64,000 nt of DNA, taken from the NCBI RefSeq assembly GCF_054482525.1, contig NZ_CM137006.1. One strand, given 5' to 3'. Under the pieces are notes generated by a model. It saw only the letters and a list, made by a program, of their open reading frames with translations. It was not told where the DNA came from and did not search any database. Below, one piece after another: positions 33,986 through 43,363 of this stretch. Within the stretch, counting starts at the first letter, position 1, and every line of letters begins with the position of its first letter. The translations under genes and the position numbers were made by a program.

Positions 33986-36508
33986 TTATGCCGGGAGCTC
34001 CGGGGGGAATGCTTCTTCCAGTCGGTTAACCATATTGCCGAGATGGGATGCATCATATTCCATGACGGGGCGTTGCCTGATGATACTGACCACCAGTGGT
34101 TTGATTAACATATTGGTCGCGGCCCGTTGTTGTATACCGGCGGCGAAAATGATCTCCAGAGCATTCTGATCGATAACACGGGCCAGATTCTCGTTCAGAT
34201 TTTCAATCTCATGTCCGGTCAGCAGGAAACTGCCGGCAAGCCATGTCACCTGCTCCTGAATCATTGCCAGAATTTTGACGCGATCTTCTTCAACCAGCGC
34301 TCCGGCAATTTTTCCTGATACAGCGGAGGCAATCATTCCCCCCAGAACACCGCCAACCACACGTCCTGTCAGTGCACCAAATGGTCCCAGTGGACTGAAC
34401 AATATCCCGCCCGCCACTGACCCGACAGCACCACCTGCCACACCGGAAGATGCCACGGCAAGATTCCTGATGAACTGCGCACCGGAGATCCGTCCCCGCA
34501 ACATTTTGATCATGTCAGGGCCGGTTGTGACAGCTACCAGTGCCAGAGATGTTACCAGCGTACCCTTCATTACTTTGTTCAGGGCACTGATATTTCCTGC
34601 ACCGGTCCCCTTCTGAAGAGCCAGTCGGACAGTCGGGCTGGCAGTCGAAAAATCAATGTGCTTCAGCATACCCTGAACAACACTGAGCCGGTGGAGTTGC
34701 TGGGTTGTGACGTAGACAGCCAGTGTGCGGGTGAAGGTTTTTCCTGCCTGGACAGCAGCTGTCTGCAGGGCAGCATCGCGATCGCCGGTGCTGAGCCAGA
34801 AGACCGATGCCGTCAGGGCAAAACTGATCCCTCCGGCCGCCAGACTGACAACCGAACCCTCGGCAATATCATAAGTGACCGATTCGATGGTCCCGAACCG
34901 GGTGATATTACGGGCCTGAGTATAAGTCAGATGTCCCCGACGAATCAGCCGGGACGCTTCTGCGGGATCGGTTACACCGGGTACTTTACCTTCGCGGATC
35001 TTATTCCTCATGGTTTCAACAGCGCCGGCATACTGATCACGGGGGACTTCCAGTTGCATGGGGCCATTATTTCCCATGTAACGATACTGTCCGTTTTGTC
35101 CGTCGAATGCCGCACCGACGCTACGGGCTGCAGTTGAACAATATTTCGTCTGGATTTCTGTTCCGCTGACCAGTCTGTCTGCTCCATTTCTGGCATTATT
35201 ATCACCGAGGATCCGTGCGTTTTTCAGACGGACTCTGTCGACAATATGGTTTCCCCGTTCAGCGGCAAACCCATGTCCCTGCCCTCCGGAAGCAAACATT
35301 TTCTCATTTGTACTCCAGGTTTCCGGCAGTTTCATGAGAATCAGACCATTCGCCGTTGCATCGGAAATAAAGCTGTTGTAAGGGCGTTCATAAATTTCCT
35401 GACACAGTGTTTCTGTTTCGCGACAAAGAGAGGTGCAGTACCATTCCGGATCCAGCTTATGATTTTCCGGGGCATGATGTACTTCTGTCAGCCCGCAGGA
35501 GGCACAGATACGAAGCTCATCCACGTGATGGAATGATACAAAACGGCGACCTTCTGAAAAGGGATACCAGTCACCGCCGTCCAGGCAACGATCGAGAAAA
35601 TCGTCATTCGCTTCCGGTGATAAATTCAGGCGGTTCCGGAAGAGCGTTTTCAGTTCATCAGGTGTGAATGACAGGTTCTCTTTCAACTGTTCGTTAAACC
35701 CTGCCATGTTTCTTTCATACCAGGCATTGTTCAGTAACCAGTTTCCGTCTGCCAGTTCAAATTCCCTCAGCTCTCCCCGGGAAATCCGTTGAGAAATGAG
35801 CGTCAGCCAGATGCGCTCCGTCAGTGAGTCAGGAAGGCTGTAATCGTTTTGCAAACTGGTCAGCCACGATTTACTGTTGAGCACCGGTTGTTCTTCCAGT
35901 GTCTGGCTGATGGCACAGGTCAGTTTTTTCAGCGCCTGGATCTGGCTGGCCGCCCATAGCAGCGTCACTAATGCAGCCAGCCAGTACAACAACCCGCCCC
36001 ACCACATCAGTGACGGTGAAATATCGTACTGTAACGCGATCAATGGTGCGCATGCAGAACACGCCATAAGGAAAAAGGCAGTATAAAAACAGCAGTAATA
36101 CCCGTTAATTTCCTTGCTGATATCTTCTGGTGTGATCCCGTTCTGCTGAATGTTTTTGATCTGCAGGGGAACAGCCAGCAGACCACCGGCGAGAGCGGTG
36201 GTCAGAATAAATTTCACAGAGTCAAAGGTGTGAGCCTCCAGCGCGATATGTTTACCATCAAGTCCCCACATGAAGCTGATGATCATTCCGGCAATCGTCA
36301 GAAATACGCCTGCCAGCCAGCGAATATGGAACAACCGGGTTATGCGTTCGGTGATATAGCCAGCCAGTAAGGCCGGGCCGAACAGACACAGCAATATGAG
36401 CCCTGCCAGCGCAGAAGCCGTGCTGATTAATGCTCTGAACAAAAGGCGAAGAATGGCAAATCCTGCGATCAGCAGGATCAGCGCGCCGACTATCTGTAAC
36501 ATAGTCAC
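33986..36508 (-). CDS. yeeR: YeeR-like inner-membrane protein (840 aa)
   Basis: Multiple TM segments at N- and C-terminal parts; located between the antirestriction/DUF932 genes and flu as yeeR is in CP4-44. Confidence 0.6.
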   Translation of the reverse strand: MTMLQIVGALILLIAGFAILRLLFRALISTASALAGLILLCLFGPALLAGYITERITRLFHIRWLAGVFLTIAGMIISFMWGLDGKHIALEAHTFDSVKFILTTALAGGLLAVPLQIKNIQQNGITPEDISKEINGYYCCFYTAFFLMACSACAPLIALQYDISPSLMWWGGLLYWLAALVTLLWAASQIQALKKLTCAISQTLEEQPVLNSKSWLTSLQNDYSLPDSLTERIWLTLISQRISRGELREFELADGNWLLNNAWYERNMAGFNEQLKENLSFTPDELKTLFRNRLNLSPEANDDFLDRCLDGGDWYPFSEGRRFVSFHHVDELRICASCGLTEVHHAPENHKLDPEWYCTSLCRETETLCQEIYERPYNSFISDATANGLILMKLPETWSTNEKMFASGGQGHGFAAERGNHIVDRVRLKNARILGDNNARNGADRLVSGTEIQTKYCSTAARSVGAAFDGQNGQYRYMGNNGPMQLEVPRDQYAGAVETMRNKIREGKVPGVTDPAEASRLIRRGHLTYTQARNITRFGTIESVTYDIAEGSVVSLAAGGISFALTASVFWLSTGDRDAALQTAAVQAGKTFTRTLAVYVTTQQLHRLSVVQGMLKHIDFSTASPTVRLALQKGTGAGNISALNKVMKGTLVTSLALVAVTTGPDMIKMLRGRISGAQFIRNLAVASSGVAGGAVGSVAGGILFSPLGPFGALTGRVVGGVLGGMIASAVSGKIAGALVEEDRVKILAMIQEQVTWLAGSFLLTGHEIENLNENLARVIDQNALEIIFAAGIQQRAATNMLIKPLVVSIIRQRPVMEYDASHLGNMVNRLEEAFPPELPA

Positions 36509-36622
36509 TCCGTGATGAATATCATGTTATTGTTAATGCCAGCGAATGTGGCGTTGAAGATCCGTTGCGCCGGTCCGGGTCCCGGTCATGATGACCGGGA
36601 CCACAGAGAGGCGATGGTTCTG

Positions 36623-39469
36623 TCAGAAGGTCACATTCAGTGTGGCCTGACCGTTATACCCTTCAGCGCTGCTGCCGCTGACGCTGTGGGCATAACCGGC
36701 CTGAACGCCCAGGGTGATATTTTCCCGGACACGGGCTTCCAGTCCGGCCTGCAGGTCCAGTGACGTGCCATTCCGGGACGGTGAGAACGTCATGTTACTG
36801 CCGGCTGCGGCTGTACCCATGCTCATGTCTCCCCGGGAGCTGAAGGTGCGGATAACAGAAGGCTGTACCCACCAGTTCACAGGCAGTTCACTCACACCGT
36901 GTTTTGTACTGTCGCGCAGGGTGTCACGGGATGAGGTGCCTTCACCAAAGGTCATATCGTTGTGGCTGCCCAGACGGAAACCGGCACGCACATGTTGTGC
37001 ACTGCCATGCCCGAACTTCACATAACCGGCGTTATCCTGGCCGTCATCCAGGGAAAGTCCCTGCCAGGTATAGTGCAGTTGTGGCTCCAGCATCAGGTTG
37101 TCAGTGATACTGAAGGGCAGACCGGTTTCCAGTGAGCCCAGCCAGCCCCAGCCCCGGGCGCGGAAGTCGTTATTGTCCGATGACGCTTTCATGCTGTGGC
37201 GGGTTCCCTGTGCCACAATGTCAGCCCACAGGCCGGAGGACGTGTGTGTCAGATTCAGGTATCCGCCCAGGCTGCCGGCATCATCCCGGACCGTGCCGGC
37301 GCGGGAACCGTCATCATCCTTAACATCAACGGAAGAATGGCCTGCGGCACCATACACCCCTGTCGTCAGAGACATACCGGCAACCTCTGTTCTCAGCAGG
37401 TCACCCTCCAGACGGACGAAGCCATAGCTGCCGCTGCTTTCCGGCGTGGCTCCACGGGCAATACCGCCGTTGTTATCGTGACCGAGATGACCGCCCTGAA
37501 TGCTGAGACGGACGCTGTTATTTTCACCGTTTACACCGGTCTGATGGCTGCGGGAGCCTGCCAGAATCCGATCATGGTCCATTGCCTGTGTCAGCATGGA
37601 TGTATACAGGGGGACTTCAGCACGATAAGCATTTTCACTGCGCAGGTACCAGTCTTCATCGCTGTCACGGTTCAGGGTGTAGTTAAAGGCGCCGGCCTGA
37701 AGCGGGCGACTCAGGGCAAACGCACCTTCTTCTGTGGTGGCGCCATTCTGTGCATCCACAACCCGGATACCCTGTCCGGAGGTTGCCACCCCGAGGTTAC
37801 TGTTTCCGACATTTGTAAACGCAAGCCAGGTTTTGCCGGTTGCCTGACCACCATTAATCACCAGCTGGTCAGAGGTATTGCTGCCATCAAGGCGAACACG
37901 CATATTGATGGTGCCACCCTGACCGGTGAGGTTACTGGTGGTCAGTTTATGGAACGTTACCGGGGAGTCGCCTTTTGCAACAGCACGGCTCAGCGCGGCA
38001 TCCGGTGTCGTCTGATTATCAAAGCGAATCTCCCCTGCGTTAACAATATCGCCGGTACTGACCACATCGCCATTCAGTACCATGCTGGCACCTTTACTGA
38101 GCTGTGTTCTGCCACTCAGACTTCCCCCGGCAGCCAGCGTCAGTGTTCCACGATGTCCGACAGTGGTGTTGCTGGCCAGTCCTCCGGCATTAACCGTAAA
38201 GCTGCCGCCATTTTCCAGCAGCAGTCCGCTGGCCTGACCGGATGTGCCATCAATACTGAACTTACCGCTGGCATTGGTCCCCTCAACAGTGGCACCACTG
38301 TCTGCAATCAGGGCACTACCGGATGTCATGGTGACATCTGTTGCCTTACCACCGGCAGACACTGCCAGGGTTCCGCCGTCATCCACCCGTGTTTTCCAGG
38401 CTGAATGGCCCTCCAGTACATCCAGGCGACCACCGGACTCCAGAACAACACCGTCAGCATTACCGTTTTCCACAGTGAAATTGCCCAGACGGTTGCTGCC
38501 GGTGACGGTTGCCGCCGTACTGGTGACCAGTGCGCCTCCCTGCTTCAGCGTGACATTCGTGGCTGTACCACCGGCGTTCACCTGCAGTTTGCCTTTCTGG
38601 TTAACGGTGGTGAAATCCGCCAGACCACCTTCCTTGACAATCTGCCAGCCGTCACTGTTCACAACAGTGTCAGAGGCTGTACCGCCGTTGTGCACATACT
38701 GGTTACCGCCGTTCAGTGTGGTATCCAGCGCGTAGCCATGTACAGTCTGGTCGCCGCCGGCATAAACCACAGTGGTATTTGCTGTTCCTTCAGCAGCCAC
38801 AATCTGACGACCATTTTCATTGATAGTGGTACGTACGGCATTTCCGCGAACAAACTGCCCGGTATCACCATTTTCTGCATCCGGTCCCCCTTCCGCGCCG
38901 GTATTCACAACCGTGTCGGTTGCCACTGCGCCGGATTTGATGGCCTGCCAGCCCTTCTCATTAATGACGGTACCCGTTGCAATCCCGCCTTCATGTACCC
39001 ACTGCTCACCGCCGTTCAGAGTGGTATTCACTGCCTGCCCCTGAAGGCTCTGTCCGCCTCCGGCACTGATAACCGTGTCTGAAACGCTTCCTCCGGCATT
39101 CACTCTCTGAAGACCACCACCGGTGACAGTAGTGTTGTTGGCGATACCGCCATTTTGTATCCATTGTCCGCCGGTATTGGCCTCGTTATCCGGCCCATAC
39201 TCCAGACCGGTACTGATGGTCATTCCGTTGGCCGTACCGAAGACAATCTGGTTGTCATGATTTGTCAGTGTTCCGCCGCTCACGGTTTCTCCCGCCTGTA
39301 CGACCGTGTCAGCAGCCAGTACCGGGACTGACGTGACAGCAGCAAGAGACAGCGCAACCGCCACACCGGTGCGTTTTCCCCGTGAGCGCGCCAGTTCGGA
39401 AGCCACCACCAGGGTGCCCGTAATGTGATTCCATACCAGCCTGTAGCTGGTGTTCAGATGTCGTTTCAT
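36623..39469 (-). CDS. flu: Antigen 43 self-associating autotransporter adhesin (948 aa from MKRHLNTSYRLVWNH...)
   Basis: Extended signal peptide MKRHLNTSYRLVWNHITGTLVVASELARSR, GG-rich beta-helix passenger repeats, C-terminal beta-barrel ending ...NGQATLNVTF. Confidence 0.9.
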   Translation of the reverse strand: MKRHLNTSYRLVWNHITGTLVVASELARSRGKRTGVAVALSLAAVTSVPVLAADTVVQAGETVSGGTLTNHDNQIVFGTANGMTISTGLEYGPDNEANTGGQWIQNGGIANNTTVTGGGLQRVNAGGSVSDTVISAGGGQSLQGQAVNTTLNGGEQWVHEGGIATGTVINEKGWQAIKSGAVATDTVVNTGAEGGPDAENGDTGQFVRGNAVRTTINENGRQIVAAEGTANTTVVYAGGDQTVHGYALDTTLNGGNQYVHNGGTASDTVVNSDGWQIVKEGGLADFTTVNQKGKLQVNAGGTATNVTLKQGGALVTSTAATVTGSNRLGNFTVENGNADGVVLESGGRLDVLEGHSAWKTRVDDGGTLAVSAGGKATDVTMTSGSALIADSGATVEGTNASGKFSIDGTSGQASGLLLENGGSFTVNAGGLASNTTVGHRGTLTLAAGGSLSGRTQLSKGASMVLNGDVVSTGDIVNAGEIRFDNQTTPDAALSRAVAKGDSPVTFHKLTTSNLTGQGGTINMRVRLDGSNTSDQLVINGGQATGKTWLAFTNVGNSNLGVATSGQGIRVVDAQNGATTEEGAFALSRPLQAGAFNYTLNRDSDEDWYLRSENAYRAEVPLYTSMLTQAMDHDRILAGSRSHQTGVNGENNSVRLSIQGGHLGHDNNGGIARGATPESSGSYGFVRLEGDLLRTEVAGMSLTTGVYGAAGHSSVDVKDDDGSRAGTVRDDAGSLGGYLNLTHTSSGLWADIVAQGTRHSMKASSDNNDFRARGWGWLGSLETGLPFSITDNLMLEPQLHYTWQGLSLDDGQDNAGYVKFGHGSAQHVRAGFRLGSHNDMTFGEGTSSRDTLRDSTKHGVSELPVNWWVQPSVIRTFSSRGDMSMGTAAAGSNMTFSPSRNGTSLDLQAGLEARVRENITLGVQAGYAHSVSGSSAEGYNGQATLNVTF

Positions 39470-39686
39470 CAGCTTTTCCTTACAGAGGGTGAATAAAAAA
39501 GCCGGTACCCACAAATGTGGATACCGGCAGGTACAAAACAGCATGGTCAGATAAAGTGGTTTTTCCCGGACATAAATGCTTCCCCTCTCTCATCCGCCAG
39601 AGAAGTATCAGTCCGTTGTGTGCAATTCCGTTCTGCATGATGAAGAGATTCAGCTGCCTTTTCGCAGACCATTAACCACTATAAAC

Positions 39687-39722
39687 GATCGATAGCAACG
39701 ATCGATACCTGTTTTATCGATC
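39687..39722 (-). promoter_or_regulatory. agn43 phase-variation switch: three GATC Dam sites (39687, 39700, 39719) within the presumptive OxyR operator
   Basis: aaacGATCgatagcaacGATCgatacctgttttatcGATCg located upstream of flu; triple-GATC architecture is the established Dam/OxyR switch of agn43. Confidence 0.7.
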
Positions 39723-39840
39723 GTTTTATTCTATTAACGACAAGGCGGTCACGCAAGAGAAACAGGAGGAGTATGAGGGGTTTGTGTCATGTTTTCAGTT
39801 GGTTAACGTAATGTTATCAGGCATTTCCCTGGCAGACTGT

Positions 39841-40713
39841 TCAGAAGAAAATCCAGTTCCATACAGCGCGGGCAACAGAGACCACCGTGTCACGGACGGC
39901 ACGCAGAACCGTACGGGCAACAGAGGCAACACAGACGCTCTCCGCCGTGTCAAATATCCGGTCCACCGCACCGGTAAACTGTTCACGGGCCTGAGCGCGG
40001 ACAGATTCCGTGCGCAGCTCGTCCTGCAGGCGGGTCATCAGGGGACTGGCGGCATGGTCGGGAAGTGCTGTCATTAGCGCACTGACCAGCGTATCCAGTT
40101 CCCAGCCGGTGCGGGCCGATACGGCAACAACCGGATGTACGGGCCGGAACAGACGGAATACCGCCTCCGTTTTCTCCCGAATGTTCTGTGCCTGTGCGGG
40201 AGAAGGCTGAATGCCGGCCATATCCCATTCATGGCAGGGCTCCGTTTTGTCGGCCTGCGTCACCACAAACAGCACCTGCTGATGTCCCCGGTGCAGGATG
40301 TGTCGCCAGAAATACTCATCCACAGACAGGGCGCGGTCATCGGCTTTAATCAGCCACAGCACCAGGTCCAGTTCGGGCAGAATGTCACGGTACAGGGCTT
40401 CATACTCTGCATCCCTGTCCCGGCTCTCGCCCACCCCGGGCAGGTCAGTGATAACCATGCTGTGACCATGGCCACTCAGACGGAAGCGCCGTACTTCCCG
40501 GGTGCCGGCGTGAACATCACTGACCGGGGTGACCTCCCCCTGAAACAGTGCATTACAGAGTGAGGATTTACCGGCCCCGCTTTTACCCATAATGCCAATC
40601 ACGGGTTCGTGACTGGTGAGTTTGCGCAGATGTTCCAGGATGTGACGGGAAAGCGAGTAAGGCAGGGAGGAGAGCGGTTTTTCAATTGCCTCAATGGCAT
40701 CAGACGGATTCAT
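39841..40713 (-). CDS. yeeP: YeeP/YfjP/YkfA-family GTPase (about 290 aa)
   Basis: P-loop GIMGKSGAGKSSLCNALF, DLPGVGES G3-like motif; start taken at MNPSD within ORF 39841-40752. Confidence 0.75.
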   Translation of the reverse strand: MNPSDAIEAIEKPLSSLPYSLSRHILEHLRKLTSHEPVIGIMGKSGAGKSSLCNALFQGEVTPVSDVHAGTREVRRFRLSGHGHSMVITDLPGVGESRDRDAEYEALYRDILPELDLVLWLIKADDRALSVDEYFWRHILHRGHQQVLFVVTQADKTEPCHEWDMAGIQPSPAQAQNIREKTEAVFRLFRPVHPVVAVSARTGWELDTLVSALMTALPDHAASPLMTRLQDELRTESVRAQAREQFTGAVDRIFDTAESVCVASVARTVLRAVRDTVVSVARAVWNWIFF

Positions 40714-41286
40714 ACATGTATTCCCGGTGAAAAAAGACAAAACCCCGCGCACCGGAAAAGTGGCGGGGGACTCACGGAGATAATATCTGCCTAAAATTAT
40801 TTGGAATGCAGGTATATGCAGCTAATTTGTATCGGCTCATTAGTACAGAACTAAACCTCATCTGACAGTCCGCTCTGTGCCAGGAGCAGACATTGCCAAC
40901 GTTATGACCCTCGATTACATCAAAGAGCCCTATAGCCGAAACCTGCACCATAGCCATCTCTGTAGAATTCGTCCTAGGGGCTTTTAACAGACCTAGTTGT
41001 ATGGAGCGGAAGGAAATATTAAAGCTCAAGGCGTCAGTCCAGTGCTGTCCTGTTTGCTTACCACACGAAAGAGTGCTGCTTGTACCTGCTAACTAATGGT
41101 ATGCGGAGTGAGGGGGGCGGGTAGAACCAAAAGCACTTACTACGTGTGGCGCTCTCCTGGAAGAGGAGACGTCGAAGTGATAACGCTAACAACAGTCTTA
41201 CTGGTGATGCAAATAATGCTAGCTGGTCTGGTTGCCATCAAGCAACTGACTGGACGCCCGTAAGGGATGGAGGAACTTGATTAAAG

Positions 41287-41316
41287 GCAGGGGGGTTACC
41301 TCCCCTGCCTTTTTTC
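41287..41316 (+). terminator. Strong Rho-independent terminator (GGCAGGGG...CCCCTGCC + TTTTTT) ending a plus-strand transcript upstream of gene 41379
   Basis: 8-bp GC-rich stem with short loop followed by a T-run; plus-strand orientation only. Confidence 0.65.
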
Positions 41317-41378
41317 GTTTCTGCGCAAGTTAGCTCTGTTATTATAATCCTTACTCACACTGTAAGGACATAGTTCAA

Positions 41379-42062
41379 ATGACTGAATGGCTTAATGCAC
41401 ATTTTGGTGCAGACGCAGCTACCTATCTTAGCTTATTAGTCGGCGTACTGGCACTGTTTGGTATTGGGGGCGGTGTTACATATAGAATCAGACAGCAAAA
41501 CAACATAAAACAGAAGGCAAAGAAAACCGAGGGTGATGTGAACCAGGCCGGGCGGGATATTAATCAGACCACCAACGTTTACCACACATCCAATGAATCT
41601 ACTGAGGACCCTGTAAAAAAAAAGCAAGATGAACATGATCTGAAGATAATCGACCAGATCCTTGAATTGCTGCCTTATGAGGATACTACTCAATGGGTTG
41701 AGCAGAGCTACCTGAGCGGTATACGGCAAGATGTTTGCTTAAACATTGAAAAAGCTGAAAAATTTAGCGGTGAAAAGTATCGGTTATTCAATACTGAAGT
41801 GAATGGTGCGAAAGACGCTTTTTTGGACGCTATGACCGCATACGTAGATAGTACGCTACCATTTATGAGTGTTGATTACCCGAACAGAAAGCCAGTGATG
41901 CTAAGCCTTCCCCATGACTGGAAGAGTAAGAGTGTTGAATCGGAGGCAAACTTCCGCTTTCATCAGCAAAATGTGCGTGAAACATCGGGGGGGATGATTG
42001 CGCGCTATGAGGATTTTGTCAGGACATTTAAGGCTCATGGATTCATAAGCGATAAACTGTAA
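41379..42062 (+). CDS. Hypothetical N-terminally membrane-anchored protein (227 aa)
   Basis: ATG preceded by AAGGA and a TATAAT -10 box at 41343-41348; one predicted TM helix (YLSLLVGVLALFGIGGGV); own terminator downstream; no recognised domain. Confidence 0.6.
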   Translation: MTEWLNAHFGADAATYLSLLVGVLALFGIGGGVTYRIRQQNNIKQKAKKTEGDVNQAGRDINQTTNVYHTSNESTEDPVKKKQDEHDLKIIDQILELLPYEDTTQWVEQSYLSGIRQDVCLNIEKAEKFSGEKYRLFNTEVNGAKDAFLDAMTAYVDSTLPFMSVDYPNRKPVMLSLPHDWKSKSVESEANFRFHQQNVRETSGGMIARYEDFVRTFKAHGFISDKL

Positions 42063-42141
42063 AGGCGCAGTGGGTCAGCGAACACCGCAACGACAGAACC
42101 GCGTAAGCGGTAAAATCAGCTTGTTAACTGGCGAGTTTATA

Positions 42142-42166
42142 GCCGTCCCTCCGGGGCGGCTTTTTT
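42142..42166 (+). terminator. Rho-independent terminator after gene 41379-42062 (GCCGTCCCtccGGGGCGGC + TTTTTT)
   Basis: Hairpin followed by a T-run 80 bp after the stop codon. Confidence 0.6.
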
Positions 42167-42416
42167 ATGACTATAATCGACAGAATCACCTGAACGTCCA
42201 GGTGGGTTTCCCTGACAGGACGTCAAGGAATGTTCGCTTTGTGCCAGGAGCGGACGTTGCCAGCATTGAGTTTTCAGTTTTCAAAGGTATATCTTTAGAT
42301 TTAGTTCACTTAGAATGAGCGTGTTAAAGTTTTCGGTTATGTGAGTATATTGAACATAACAAATAAACAATAATTTTTGTATTCCATTTAAGATATAAAA
42401 AAGAGGGATTTGAGTT

Positions 42417-43202
42417 ATGTACGATTATAGTTTTTTACTTACTCCATCTACAGGATTTGTTAAAGGATTATGTGGAGTTTGGTCGAATGATTTCTCTATA
42501 AATGATGATTCTGACTCTGATTTAGGGCAAACAGATATTCATTTACTTTCATCTCCTCATTTGAATATCATATCCGACCCAAATGAATTGGCTTCCAAGT
42601 TAAAAGGTTTGTTGATGCTCATGAACGGCGCACTTAGCGTTCTTTATGGTTTTGAAAGATATCAATCTTTTGGTCCTCTTTCTATTTCTGGAAGTGAAGG
42701 CATTAATTACTCGGAAATATGCGGCTTTAAATCAATGGATGTAACTCAGGTAAATCCCTTTAATTTCCATGACATACAGCAACCACACCCTCGCGCTGAT
42801 AATTTTTCACGATTAATTAATTTATCATCTAAACATGAATCCTTACGTGTTGTTTTAGGTATGTGTGCCTTAGGTTATGATTGGGTTAATCTTTATCGTT
42901 TGTGGGAAACAATTAGAGAATATGTATATGATAAATATGTGAAAGGTATACTAAATTTTCCCGACGCTTATAAAGGCAAGAAATATCAGAGAGATAAAGT
43001 AATTAGCATGGCTTTTAATATTGATGAAAAGGAAATCAGCAGATTCACGGGCACTGCTAATAGCTTTGAACTGTTAGGGTATCTTGCGAGACATGGAAAG
43101 GGAAGTTCCGGAGGGATATTAAAAAATCCGATGTCAAGAGTTGACGCAAGCAATTTCGTACACAAAGCAACTTACAAATATTGTAAGTTATTTTTGATGT
43201 AA
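42417..43202 (+). CDS. Hypothetical protein (261 aa), strongly AT-rich gene of likely foreign origin
   Basis: Clean ORF preceded by AAGAGGGA RBS; codon usage and GC content far below the flanking DNA; no recognised domain. Confidence 0.6.
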   Translation: MYDYSFLLTPSTGFVKGLCGVWSNDFSINDDSDSDLGQTDIHLLSSPHLNIISDPNELASKLKGLLMLMNGALSVLYGFERYQSFGPLSISGSEGINYSEICGFKSMDVTQVNPFNFHDIQQPHPRADNFSRLINLSSKHESLRVVLGMCALGYDWVNLYRLWETIREYVYDKYVKGILNFPDAYKGKKYQRDKVISMAFNIDEKEISRFTGTANSFELLGYLARHGKGSSGGILKNPMSRVDASNFVHKATYKYCKLFLM

Positions 43203-43363
43203 GTAAAAAGTTGAAGCTATAATACTCAAAGTATCGAAAACTACGTTCGTCGTGCACTCGAAAACAATATGCTTATTGTGTCTGCACTAATTACTCAAGG
43301 TCCGAGAAAAATGGCGAAGCTCATCTTTTTCAGGCTTCGCCAACTTGAGTTATTGGTTAAAAT

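Noticed and set aside
37196-38404. 402-aa plus-strand ORF inside the Ag43 gene, and similar antisense ORFs inside dmsA (11176-12132) and yeeR-like (34658-35137)
   Set aside because: Antisense frames of GC-rich repetitive coding sequence; no RBS or start context; the sense-strand products have clear identities
40772-41029. 85-aa minus-strand ORF in the yeeP upstream region
   Set aside because: No SD sequence, overlaps the likely yeeP promoter region and the repeat motif; treated as non-coding
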